A DNA stretch of 64,000 nt from Nitrospinaceae bacterium (GTDB lineage: Bacteria > Nitrospinota > Nitrospinia > Nitrospinales > VA-1), in the NCBI GenBank assembly GCA_046754465.1, contig JBHHVU010000013.1, positions 444-64,443 on the forward strand, read 5' to 3'. The notes under the pieces were generated by a model that was not told where the DNA came from, did not search any database, and saw only the letters and a program-made list of their open reading frames with translations. A program made the translations under genes and the position numbers. This document shows positions 26,857-36,102 of this stretch, one piece after another (position 1 is the first letter of the stretch; each line of letters opens with the position of its first letter).

Positions 26857-28516
26857 GTTTTTTGTATTTTGACCGGCGGTTTTCTTCCTTCCCCCCCAGT
26901 TCTTCCCTGCGTTTTTCCAGGTATTCCTCGAAATTTCCCTCGAACCAGCGAACGTTGCTATTCCCCTCGAAGATCAGCAGATGGGTGCAAATGCGATCGA
27001 GGAAATAGCGATCGTGGCTGATCACCAGAACGCAGCCATTGAAGTCGAGGAGGGCGTTTTCCAGGTTGCGGAGTGTGGAGACATCCAGATCGTTGGTGGG
27101 TTCGTCGAGGAGCAGGACGTTGCCGCCGCGGCGCAGCAATTTCGCTAGGTGAACCCGGTTGCGCTCCCCCCCGGAAAGATCGGCGACTCTTTTCTGCTGG
27201 TCGGTTCCCCGGAAATTGAACCGGCTCACGTAGGACCGGGCGTTGACCGTCCTGCCTGCGATCTCGATTTGATCCGTTCCTCCGGTGATTTCCTCAAAGA
27301 CCGTCCTCTCGGGGTTCAGTTCATCGCGGTGCTGGTCGACGTAAGACAATCGCGCCGTGGGGCCCAGTTTCAGCGTTCCGCCGCCGGGGGGTTCTTCCCC
27401 CACGATCATGCGGAAGAGAGTGGTTTTCCCCGTTCCGTTGGGTCCGATCAACCCCACGATGGCTCCCCGGGGAAGCGAAAAGCTCAGGTCTCGGATGAGG
27501 CAATTGTCTCCATATCCCTTGGTCAGGCCCTGGACTTCGAGGACAAGTTCTCCGAGCGGCGGACCCGGCGCGATTTGAATGTCCAGGGAATTATTTTCCA
27601 GATCTACTTTCCTGGCGGCGAGGTCTTCGTATTGACGGATGCGCCCCTTGTTTTGTTTTCGGCGGGCGCCGGGGCTCGAATGGAGCCATTCCAGTTCCTT
27701 TTCGAGGCGGTTTCTCAATTGGGACGCGGATTTTTCCCGGTGTTTCAACCGGGCGGTTTTCTGTTCCAGCCAGGCGGTGTAGTTCCCCTGGAAAGGGAGG
27801 CCGCGTCCGTTATCCAGCTCCAGAATCCACCGGGTGATGTTGTCCAGGAAATAACGGTCGTGGGTGGAAACGATGACGTTGCCGGGATAATTGACCAGGG
27901 TTTCCTCCAGCCATTGAACGGTCTCGGCGTCGAGGTGGTTGGTGGGTTCGTCGAGGAGGAGGATATCGGGTTTTCGCAGGAGGAGTTTGCACAGAGCCAC
28001 CCGCCGCGCCTCGCCGCCCGACAGCGTGGAGGCCTTCTGATCGTCTGGCGGCAGGACCAGGGCGTCCATGGCGACATTCACCTGGCGGTCGAGTTCCCAT
28101 CCGTCCACTGCGTCGATCCGGTCCTGCAGCCGGCCGAGTTTCTCAAGCGCCTTTTCCATTTCATCGTCCGGCATGGGTTCCGCCATGCGGGCGCTCACTT
28201 CGTTGAACTGCTCGAGGAGCGTTTTCACGGGTAAGAACGCCTCTTCCACGTTTTCCCGCACGGTCTTGTCCGGAGACAGCATCGGTTCCTGGGGCAGGAA
28301 GCCGATGGTTGTGTCCTTGAGCGGTTTAGCCTGACCATCGAACTCGTTGTCCTCACCCGCCATGATCTTGAGCAGGGTCGATTTTCCGGACCCGTTTTCT
28401 CCCACCACCCCGATTTTGGCGCCGTGATAAAATGATAAATTGATGTCCTGAAAGACAACAGTTTTCCCAAATGCCCTCGAAAGGCCTTGCATTGTAAATA
28501 TGTATTCTCCAGCCAT
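26843..28516 (-). CDS. ettA: energy-dependent translational throttle ABC-F protein EttA
   Basis: YIFTMQGL..SFYHGAKIGVVGENGSGKST; two ABC cassettes; LDEPTNHLDAE; WFEGNF..Y; KYKKL C-terminus. Confidence 0.92.
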   Translation of the reverse strand: MAGEYIFTMQGLSRAFGKTVVFQDINLSFYHGAKIGVVGENGSGKSTLLKIMAGEDNEFDGQAKPLKDTTIGFLPQEPMLSPDKTVRENVEEAFLPVKTLLEQFNEVSARMAEPMPDDEMEKALEKLGRLQDRIDAVDGWELDRQVNVAMDALVLPPDDQKASTLSGGEARRVALCKLLLRKPDILLLDEPTNHLDAETVQWLEETLVNYPGNVIVSTHDRYFLDNITRWILELDNGRGLPFQGNYTAWLEQKTARLKHREKSASQLRNRLEKELEWLHSSPGARRKQNKGRIRQYEDLAARKVDLENNSLDIQIAPGPPLGELVLEVQGLTKGYGDNCLIRDLSFSLPRGAIVGLIGPNGTGKTTLFRMIVGEEPPGGGTLKLGPTARLSYVDQHRDELNPERTVFEEITGGTDQIEIAGRTVNARSYVSRFNFRGTDQQKRVADLSGGERNRVHLAKLLRRGGNVLLLDEPTNDLDVSTLRNLENALLDFNGCVLVISHDRYFLDRICTHLLIFEGNSNVRWFEGNFEEYLEKRREELGGKEENRRSKYKKLTLH

Positions 28517-28566
28517 GGTTCCTCTTCAGTGAAATTTTTTAAAAACGAATATGGGTTGATAAGGGG

Positions 28567-29223
28567 TTAATTCCCCCGGTTTAATTGCAGCACGATGAAG
28601 TCGATTTGGTTGTCATGAACTACGCGCAGTCCAAAGGTCCGGGCGATCCACGAAAAAGTTTCCTGGCGGTAAAAGGCGATGTGGGTGGGATCCCTTTTAT
28701 AATACCAGGAATGAAAATTTTGCCCGGCGGAGCCCCCCTCTCCGTGAGGATAAAACCGGGTCATCACCGCCAGGAAACCCTTAGGGGCCAGCCGGGATAC
28801 CAGGGAAGACACCTCTTTCCCCGGATCTTTAAAATGCTCGAAGGTTTCGGTGGAGATAATTAGGTCGAATTCCGATTGCGATATTCCATCGGGGAAAAAT
28901 AAGGGGTCATACGCTTCCACGGCGAATCCTTCCCCGCGGAGAAGGGTTTTCAGGACCGGCGCGTATCCGCAGCCATAATCCAACACGGTTTTTATTCCCG
29001 GACAAAGTGTTTTGATCACATCGATTTTGTTCTGGAACATGTTGACGTAACCCTCGTTTTCCAGACTGTTATTATGCTGAAGATAACGGTTCTTCTCCTC
29101 TTCCCGGGAAAGGAAAAATTTTTTGGGAACCGCGATGAGGGCGCAACAGCGGCAAAGCCAGTACTCCCGTCCTTCCCCGGTCAGGAGAAAGTCGGATTTG
29201 GAATTGCAAAGTGGACAGGTCAT
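28567..29223 (-). CDS. class I SAM-dependent methyltransferase with an N-terminal zinc ribbon
   Basis: CPLC..CRCC, LDYGCG, YDPLF, TETFEHF, WYYKRDPTH. Confidence 0.88.
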   Translation of the reverse strand: MTCPLCNSKSDFLLTGEGREYWLCRCCALIAVPKKFFLSREEEKNRYLQHNNSLENEGYVNMFQNKIDVIKTLCPGIKTVLDYGCGYAPVLKTLLRGEGFAVEAYDPLFFPDGISQSEFDLIISTETFEHFKDPGKEVSSLVSRLAPKGFLAVMTRFYPHGEGGSAGQNFHSWYYKRDPTHIAFYRQETFSWIARTFGLRVVHDNQIDFIVLQLNRGN

Positions 29224-29289
29224 GGGTGTTTCTGATCTGGAAATCTGAAGCCGGGTGAATCGCGCGGTTCCGGTTGGGCTTTATTTTAC

Positions 29290-29317
29290 TTGATTCTGCC
29301 CCATCGACCGCTATAAT
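29290..29317 (+). promoter_or_regulatory. sigma70-type promoter of efp
   Basis: TTGATT, 16 nt spacer, TATAAT. Confidence 0.5.
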
Positions 29318-29399
29318 CTCACACGAATTTGAATCCGCGAGTTATGGGATTCATGCATCCCACCTGAAATTTTTGAATCGAGAACCGAGGAATCAGGAA

Positions 29400-29972
29400 A
29401 TGGCGATTTATGTCAGTGGGAACTCCATTCGTCCCGGATATGTTATTAAATACAACAATAATCTCTACCGAGTGATGACCGCCGAGCACCGAACCCCCGG
29501 CAACAAGAGGGCTTTTTTGCAGGCAAAACTTCGAAACCTGAAAGACGGGACACAAACGGAGGTGCGTTTCCGGGCGGACCAGGAAATCGAACGGGCGGTC
29601 ATGGAACAGGCGGAAATGGAGTATCTCTATAATGACCCGTCGGGTTATTGTTTCATGAATTGCGAAACCTACGAACAAATGTTTTTTGAGGAGGCTTTCG
29701 TGGAGGACGCGAAAAAATACCTGCTGCCTAATGCCCGGGTCCAGATCGAGTTTTGTGATGGGAATCCGATTGGGATTTCCTTTCCGGAAACGGTGGACCT
29801 GCAAGTCACCGAGACCGAACCACCGTTGAAAGGGGCGACGGCTTCCGGTTCCGGAAAACCCGCGACACTTGAGACCGGTCTGGTGGTCACCGTTCCACAG
29901 TTTATTGAAGTGGGGGAGCGGGTTCGCGTTTCCACCACCTCGGGAGAATATCTTGAACGGGTGAAAAACTGA
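29400..29972 (+). CDS. efp: elongation factor P
   Basis: HRTPGNKRAF loop, EYLY..FM..ETYEQ, KGATASG..KPATLETG..VPQFI..G....T..GEYLER; ATG 29400 with AGGA. Confidence 0.96.
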   Translation: MAIYVSGNSIRPGYVIKYNNNLYRVMTAEHRTPGNKRAFLQAKLRNLKDGTQTEVRFRADQEIERAVMEQAEMEYLYNDPSGYCFMNCETYEQMFFEEAFVEDAKKYLLPNARVQIEFCDGNPIGISFPETVDLQVTETEPPLKGATASGSGKPATLETGLVVTVPQFIEVGERVRVSTTSGEYLERVKN

Positions 29973-30462
29973 CCCGTTGTATCGTATGAAATGATGGTTT
30001 GGGGTGATTCTCGATACCAGACTCCTCCCAAGTTTCCGGATTGGCCGGGATGGCTGGGTGAGTATTTTTTCCCTGCGGTCCCGCGATTCCGCGCCTCTCC
30101 CGCCCGCTTGCCGCCATCCGAAACAATTAAAAGGACCTCTAATAATTCGATATTTTTCTTCCAGGCAACCCGCTGGCCCTTATTTTATAAGGGCCGCTCA
30201 TGGCCCAAAGCATTTTTTAGAGGTGCCCTTAAGAAATTTTAAACCCGCCGGTTTCGCATGAGAAAATTTTTGCACGCGTTTGCAACCGTTTTCCACGGCA
30301 ATCCCGGTATTCCCGTTAATTCGCGGGAAGAAAAATCGCGAACCATTTTCAGACCTGTCCCCGCTTCCTTGGCATATCCTTAACCTGTTATAAAATAGTA
30401 AGTTGATAAATTTTTGGGGGTGAAAATTCAAGGATTTCGGACTGCCGGGGGGTTCATTTGAA

Positions 30463-30491
30463 TTGACAACTTTTGGGGATTAAATTATAGT
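30463..30491 (+). promoter_or_regulatory. sigma70-type promoter of the tol operon
   Basis: TTGACA (30463-30468), 17 nt spacer, TATAGT (30486-30491). Confidence 0.65.
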
Positions 30492-30569
30492 GAAAAGCTA
30501 TAATATTTGATTGAATTTAAATCATTTATAGTTTGATTTCCCTCCCAATTATCCAGCCAGAGGTTCCTC

Positions 30570-31331
30570 GTGCAAAATTCGGTTATTGAACATCCCTTGA
30601 GCGTTGTAGATTTAGTGATGCAATCGGGCACTATGGCCAAGGCCGTATTGTTGCTGCTCCTGGTTTTTTCGATCGTTTCCTGGGCTATCATATTGAGCAA
30701 GTTTTTCATCTACCGGGTGGCGAGAAAAGAGGACACCCGGTTTTTGGTCAATTTTTCCAAGTCCGAAAATTTGACACACATCTATAATTTTTCCCGGGAA
30801 CTCCGGTACAGTCCCATATCCCGGGTCTTTTTATCCGGGTACCGGGAATTGTTCCTTCTCCAGGATATGGCCAAAAAGGAAAGGGACCGCCGAGGCGAAT
30901 CCCCCTCCTCCAGGGGGGAACCGCTCACGGCGAAGGATATAAAAGGGATTAGCCTGGTCCTCCACAAGGCCATCAATCGGGAGATCACGCGATTGTCGCG
31001 CAGGCTGGAATTTTTGGCGACGACGGGAAGCACGACGCCGTTCATCGGATTGTTCGGTACGATTTGGGGCATCATGCATTCGTTCCGGGCCATTGGTTTT
31101 CAAGGCACGGCGAGCATAGGCGGGGTGGCTCCCGGTATCGCGGAAGCGTTGATCGCCACCGCCGCGGGCCTGGTGGCTGCGATTCCCGCGGTTATCTTTT
31201 TTAATTATTTCAACGATAAAATCCGGTTGTTCATGAGCTCGATGGATGATTTTTTGCACGATTTCGTTTATATGGTGGAAAAGAACTTCATGCGCGAACC
31301 CGTGAAAACCCGGACCTTCGATTTTTCATGA
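30570..31331 (+). CDS. tolQ: TolQ
   Basis: FLATTGSTTPFIGLFGTIWGIM, VAPGIAEALIATAAGL; operon context. Confidence 0.93.
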   Translation: MQNSVIEHPLSVVDLVMQSGTMAKAVLLLLLVFSIVSWAIILSKFFIYRVARKEDTRFLVNFSKSENLTHIYNFSRELRYSPISRVFLSGYRELFLLQDMAKKERDRRGESPSSRGEPLTAKDIKGISLVLHKAINREITRLSRRLEFLATTGSTTPFIGLFGTIWGIMHSFRAIGFQGTASIGGVAPGIAEALIATAAGLVAAIPAVIFFNYFNDKIRLFMSSMDDFLHDFVYMVEKNFMREPVKTRTFDFS

Positions 31332-31377
31332 TCGCCGCTTTTCCTGATCTTATCGTCCAGCGGGAGGGGGAATCCTC

Positions 31378-31779
31378 ATGTTAAATAGACGGCGGCCCTT
31401 GATGGCCGAAATCAACGTCACTCCCTTCGTTGATGTCATGCTGGTTCTTCTTGTCATTTTCATGATCACCGCGCCCTTGTTGCAGCATGGCGTGGATGTG
31501 CAGCTACCCAAGGAATCCATCAATCCGGTTGAAATCAAGGACATCCCGCGGGTATTCCTGCAAAGCAACAAGAAGATCTTTTGGAAGGAAGAAGAATTAC
31601 CGACCCTGCTCGATCTTTCCCGGAAAGTGGAACATTATCTTGAAAGGAACAAAAACGGAGGAGTGTATCTGGAAGCCGACAAGACGTTGGATTACGGTTT
31701 CGTCATGCAAGTGATGGCTGCCATGAAAAGGGCGGGTGTCCAAAATATCGGGATGGTCACTGAACCTTCGGACTCATGA
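31378..31779 (+). CDS. tolR: TolR
   Basis: [34 protein letters not shown]. Confidence 0.92.
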   Translation: MLNRRRPLMAEINVTPFVDVMLVLLVIFMITAPLLQHGVDVQLPKESINPVEIKDIPRVFLQSNKKIFWKEEELPTLLDLSRKVEHYLERNKNGGVYLEADKTLDYGFVMQVMAAMKRAGVQNIGMVTEPSDS

Positions 31780-33254
31780 GAATCGAGTTTTTACGATCCC
31801 TGGATTTCAACCAGATGCTGGTTGCATCGGTGTTCGCGCATTTTCTGTTCATGACTGTGGTCCTTTTTCTCCCCAATCCGGTGACCCGCGAAAAGGTGAT
31901 CCGTCCGGCTTTCATGGTGAAGCTGGTTGAAATTTCTTCCCATAAAAAGTCTGTCCCCCAAAAAAAGCACCGAAAGAATACTTTGTCCAGGCGGACTAAA
32001 TCCGTTCTCAAACGGGAAGCGAAGCCCAGGCCGCGGGTCCCCAAACCTCCGCCGAAACCCAGACCCATCCAACCCGTGCCCAATCCCGCCCTGATCAAAA
32101 TTTCCCCCGAAAAGGTCGCGGCAAAGCCGATGCCCAATCCAGCGATCGTCAAGATTCCTCCCAAGCCCGTCGCCGTGAAACCCGAACCCGTCCCCCCCCC
32201 GCCGGTGGCGCCGCCCGAACCCGTTCCCGTGAAGCCCAAAGCCATAAAGGTTCCTAAAGATACAACGAAGGAAATTGTGAAAGATTTGGATCGTTTGGAT
32301 GGGAAAACTCCTCCCGGTTTGGTGGATGAGCTCGATGAACTGACCAAGCTGAAACCCAAGATTCCGCAGAAGAATTCCGTCGTGACGAGCAAAACCATTT
32401 CGGATGAAACCTTCAAGGAGTTGGAGTCGCTGAAACAAAAAAAGGTGATTCCGCAAAAAAAACATATTTCCCCCAAAGTCGTGAACGATCCGCTGAAGCA
32501 ATTTGATCAGCTTAAAATGAAAAAGGAAGTGGATGCGGCGAACATTGCCCAAAATCCGAACAAGGCGGAAAAGAAACTATCGGCGCTGGAAGAACTGGAA
32601 ATCGCTTCCCTGCCCCGCCAGACGGTGGAGATCAAGAAAAGAAAAAATGAAAAATCCGCTTCGGATTTGTTAAAAGAGCTGGCGCAAATGGAAGATGTGA
32701 GGTCCGCCGTGGCGGCGCCGGTGCCGGAAACGACCGCATCCCTCTCTTCCCAAGAGAGCGCCAAGGAATTTGAACCTATTTTAAAAAAGCTCGATTCCCT
32801 GGGTGTTTCCTCCCAGCCCATTACGATCGATGTGGTCAATAGCAAGACCCTGTCCCTGGATTTCCGAAGTGATGTCTGGAAGGTCCAGGTTCCTGAAAAG
32901 GAACGTATTCAGTTTTCAACTAAGAGCCAATTCGCGAATACGGAAAGCCGGGGGGAACCGAGTGAGGATATCCTTTCCCGGTATATCGGGATAGTTCGGG
33001 AAAAAGTGTATAAAAAATGGTATGAACCCCTGGCCGAAAGGCATGATAAGGAGGTGGTCGTTTCTTTTTTCATTTTTCCCAAGGGGAATATTAACAAGCC
33101 CAGCCTGATCAAAAGTTCGGGGGTGGAGCAGTTGGATTCCTTGGCCTTGCGGGCCGTTCTGGAATCCGTTCCATTTCCGAATTTTCCCAAGGAACTGAAA
33201 TTTTCTAACCTCAATATCAGCATTCACTTTAAATATGTGCCTGAAGAAAACTAA
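31776..33254 (+). CDS. tolA: TolA/TonB-family energy transducer, 492 aa
   Basis: TM helix with SxxxH (SVFAH), Pro/Lys-rich region, TonB-C-like end (KSSGVEQLDSLALRAV..PFP); lies between tolR and tolB. Confidence 0.8.
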   Translation: MRIEFLRSLDFNQMLVASVFAHFLFMTVVLFLPNPVTREKVIRPAFMVKLVEISSHKKSVPQKKHRKNTLSRRTKSVLKREAKPRPRVPKPPPKPRPIQPVPNPALIKISPEKVAAKPMPNPAIVKIPPKPVAVKPEPVPPPPVAPPEPVPVKPKAIKVPKDTTKEIVKDLDRLDGKTPPGLVDELDELTKLKPKIPQKNSVVTSKTISDETFKELESLKQKKVIPQKKHISPKVVNDPLKQFDQLKMKKEVDAANIAQNPNKAEKKLSALEELEIASLPRQTVEIKKRKNEKSASDLLKELAQMEDVRSAVAAPVPETTASLSSQESAKEFEPILKKLDSLGVSSQPITIDVVNSKTLSLDFRSDVWKVQVPEKERIQFSTKSQFANTESRGEPSEDILSRYIGIVREKVYKKWYEPLAERHDKEVVVSFFIFPKGNINKPSLIKSSGVEQLDSLALRAVLESVPFPNFPKELKFSNLNISIHFKYVPEEN

Positions 33255-33255
33255 T

Positions 33256-34587
33256 ATGACTGCAAAAATTCTGTTATCCGTTGCTCTGTGGTGGGTGGTT
33301 TTTCCGGGAATGGTGTTGGCGGATTCAAAGATCCGCATCGAAATGAAGCGGGAGACGCATCAAAAAGTGAGCATAGCCGTTACCCGGTTTGTATTGGCTG
33401 AAAACTACGAAGACCCCGAAAGGTTGGGGGAAGAAAGCCGGAAGATCCTGGAGAACGATCTCAGGCTTTCCGAATTATTCATTGTGGTCGATTCGGGAAT
33501 TTACGGAAAGCTCGCGCGGTACGAATTGAAACAACCCCGGGTGGATTATCGGAGCTGGTATGAGCTGGGCGCCCAATTGCTGCTCAAGACCCAGTACCAG
33601 GTCAACCCACGGGACAACTCCTTCAACGTCACCTTCCGGCTTTACGATACGGCGAAAGAACGCTTTCTTCTTGGCAAACGTTACACCGCAACACGGAAAT
33701 ATCTTCGCAAGATCATCCATCGGTTCGCGGACGAGGTGGTATTGAAATTGACCGGCAGACGCGGGGTGGCCGAAACCCGGATTGCTTTTCTTTCCCAGGT
33801 TGATGAGAACAAGGAGATCTTCACCATCGATTTTGACGGACACAATTTGCGAAAACTGACCAATGACCAGAGCATCATACTCACCCCGGCCTGGTCGCCG
33901 GACGGGGGATGGGTGGTGTATACCTCTTACGCGGCGCATAACCCGGACCTGGTGATGATTGGCGCCTCGGGCAAGAAAAGAAGGACACTTTTGAAATTAC
34001 CCGGACTCAACGCGGCTCCGGCCTGGTCTCCCGACGGTCAGCGGATCGCCATGGTTCTGAGCAAGGATCAGAATTCGGAAATTTATGTGTTGGAGAAAAA
34101 CTTCGGCCTCAAAAGGCTGACACGCCATTTCAATATCGATACCTCTCCCACCTGGTCGCCCGATGGAAAGAGAATTGCCTTCACCTCCGATCGATCGGGA
34201 ACCGGTGCGCCGCAAATTTACATCATGGATGTGGCCCGCGGAGACCGAAATGGCGTCAAGAGAATTTCGTTTGGCTCAAGCTATAATGACAATCCCGCGT
34301 GGTCGCCCAATGGGGACAAGATTGCCTTCACCTCCCGCGTCGGCAAAAAATTTCAAATCAAGATTTATGATCTCAAGACCCAAAACAGCGAACAGTTCAC
34401 CTTCGCGCCGGGAAGCAGTGAACAACCCACCTGGTCGCCCGATGGCCGGTTCGTGGTTTACCGGCACAGAGAACGGGGGAAGTTGAACGTCTTCATCAAA
34501 TCGATCAATGGGGGAAGGCCCCGTCAGTTGTCTTTTGCCAACGGCGGGGGGTACAGCCCGGCCTGGTCCCCCTATCCGAAAAGATGA
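33256..34587 (+). CDS. tolB: Tol-Pal beta-propeller protein TolB
   Basis: HRFADEV..LTG..G...TRIAF and repeated PD40 motifs (PAWSPDG); signal peptide from ATG 33256. Confidence 0.95.
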   Translation: MTAKILLSVALWWVVFPGMVLADSKIRIEMKRETHQKVSIAVTRFVLAENYEDPERLGEESRKILENDLRLSELFIVVDSGIYGKLARYELKQPRVDYRSWYELGAQLLLKTQYQVNPRDNSFNVTFRLYDTAKERFLLGKRYTATRKYLRKIIHRFADEVVLKLTGRRGVAETRIAFLSQVDENKEIFTIDFDGHNLRKLTNDQSIILTPAWSPDGGWVVYTSYAAHNPDLVMIGASGKKRRTLLKLPGLNAAPAWSPDGQRIAMVLSKDQNSEIYVLEKNFGLKRLTRHFNIDTSPTWSPDGKRIAFTSDRSGTGAPQIYIMDVARGDRNGVKRISFGSSYNDNPAWSPNGDKIAFTSRVGKKFQIKIYDLKTQNSEQFTFAPGSSEQPTWSPDGRFVVYRHRERGKLNVFIKSINGGRPRQLSFANGGGYSPAWSPYPKR

Positions 34588-34776
34588 GTGGGGGCGAAAA
34601 TTGGGGTTGATTAAAGTTACATTTAATGTATATTAGATATATATTCCCATGACATTAATAGGGCGGCCACTGGGCGGGAGATGCAGCGGTGGGGCTGGAA
34701 TAAATATTAATCTTTAATTTTCAAATAGATCCATTTTTTCGTCCCACAAAAAAAATTCCCAGACTTGTTGATATTT

Positions 34777-34785
34777 TGGTATAAT
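34777..34785 (+). promoter_or_regulatory. extended -10 promoter upstream of pal
   Basis: TGGTATAAT in the AT-rich tolB-pal gap. Confidence 0.45.
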
Positions 34786-34933
34786 TTAATTATAATTTTT
34801 ACGTCCTATCCAGTTTATCAATATTAGGCTAATAAGCAAAAATTCTGAGAGTTATAGAGCTTTCTAAATTTGTGGAGCGCCGTAAAGATATTCTTGCCGA
34901 AAACAAGGGAGACCATTTAAAACGAGGGTACTT

Positions 34934-35935
34934 ATGATTGGAAAAAAACAGTGGACAGGTATTTTAGCGATGTTAATGGCGCTGGCCCTGACGGTGGCGT
35001 GTTCAAAGAAGCTCATGCCCCCGGAGATCGAACAAACGGGGTCCGTCGCGGAAAGTGAATTGGAAGAAATCGCCAAAGCTCCGGACGCGATGGAAAACGT
35101 AGGACCCGATAAGGATTTCCCGCTTGGGTCAACCCCTTCGGATGATTCGGGTTACCTTCGCGAGGAAAATTTTGCCGAGAACGGTTCTCCGCAATCGGAA
35201 GATGGCTCCTCTTTCCAAGGCAATGACCACGGCCGGTTCGATGGCACCGAGGATTCGGGATTCCTGCGTGAGGAGAATTTAAACGACATGGGAACGGCCG
35301 AAAATTCTTCCATCAATCCGGAAACTGGGGAATTGATGGATTCCGCTTCGGCGGGAAGTGGCGATTTCCCGGGTTCCAGCCCGTCAAATCCCAATAATAA
35401 TGGCGAGATCATGGATTCAGGTTCCATGGCGGAGGCCGGGGAGATGGGCGGAGTGAATTCCGGCGCCAGCGGGTCGGGGGCAACCGGTTCGGTGGGCCCC
35501 AATCCCTTTGCGGAAGGAGCGCCGACGGAAAGCGGGACCGGATCTGAAATGGATAAAAACGGTGGCTTTCAGGAAGCCAGATTATTTTCTTTCCGTCCCA
35601 CGTCGGAGTTGAAGGACATCCATTTCAGATTTGATAAATATGACCTGGACGAACGTTCGAGGTTGATCCTGAAGCAAAACGCGGATTTTCTGAAACAACA
35701 TCCCGGTGTCAAGGTTGAAATCCAGGGGCATTGCGATGAAAGAGGAACCAATAACTATAACCTGGCTCTCGGTCAGCGCCGGGCTAATTCCACCAAAAAT
35801 TTCCTGGCCTCCATGGGTATTTCCGAGAACCGGCTCCATATTATAAGTTACGGAGAGGAGAAACCGTTTTGCATGGAAAGCAGCGAAAGTTGCTGGTGGC
35901 GGAACCGGCGGGCTCATTTCATGGTGGCCGAGTAG
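34934..35935 (+). CDS. pal: peptidoglycan-associated lipoprotein with a long acidic linker
   Basis: lipobox TVAC (Cys23); OmpA-C domain IHFRFD..GHCDERGT..YNLALGQRRA..SYGEEKP..NRR. Confidence 0.95.
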   Translation: MIGKKQWTGILAMLMALALTVACSKKLMPPEIEQTGSVAESELEEIAKAPDAMENVGPDKDFPLGSTPSDDSGYLREENFAENGSPQSEDGSSFQGNDHGRFDGTEDSGFLREENLNDMGTAENSSINPETGELMDSASAGSGDFPGSSPSNPNNNGEIMDSGSMAEAGEMGGVNSGASGSGATGSVGPNPFAEGAPTESGTGSEMDKNGGFQEARLFSFRPTSELKDIHFRFDKYDLDERSRLILKQNADFLKQHPGVKVEIQGHCDERGTNNYNLALGQRRANSTKNFLASMGISENRLHIISYGEEKPFCMESSESCWWRNRRAHFMVAE

Positions 35936-35979
35936 GTTTTTCCTTTCGCGGAAGTTTTTAACCGTTTGCACATTTTCTC

Positions 35980-36015
35980 ATTGATCGCAGCGGGAGCCGC
36001 CCCGCTGCGATCAAT
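35980..36015 (+). terminator. 15-bp stem-loop after pal (terminator or mRNA stabiliser)
   Basis: ATTGATCGCAGCGGG-AGCCGC-CCCGCTGCGATCAAT; weak U tract. Confidence 0.55.
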
Positions 36016-36102
36016 TCTTACTCCCCCCTCTTTTCCTAAGAGTGGATTCGCCTTGTTCCGGATCAAAGGTTTTTTGAACTTTTATCCAAAGAGATCTGCT
36101 CC

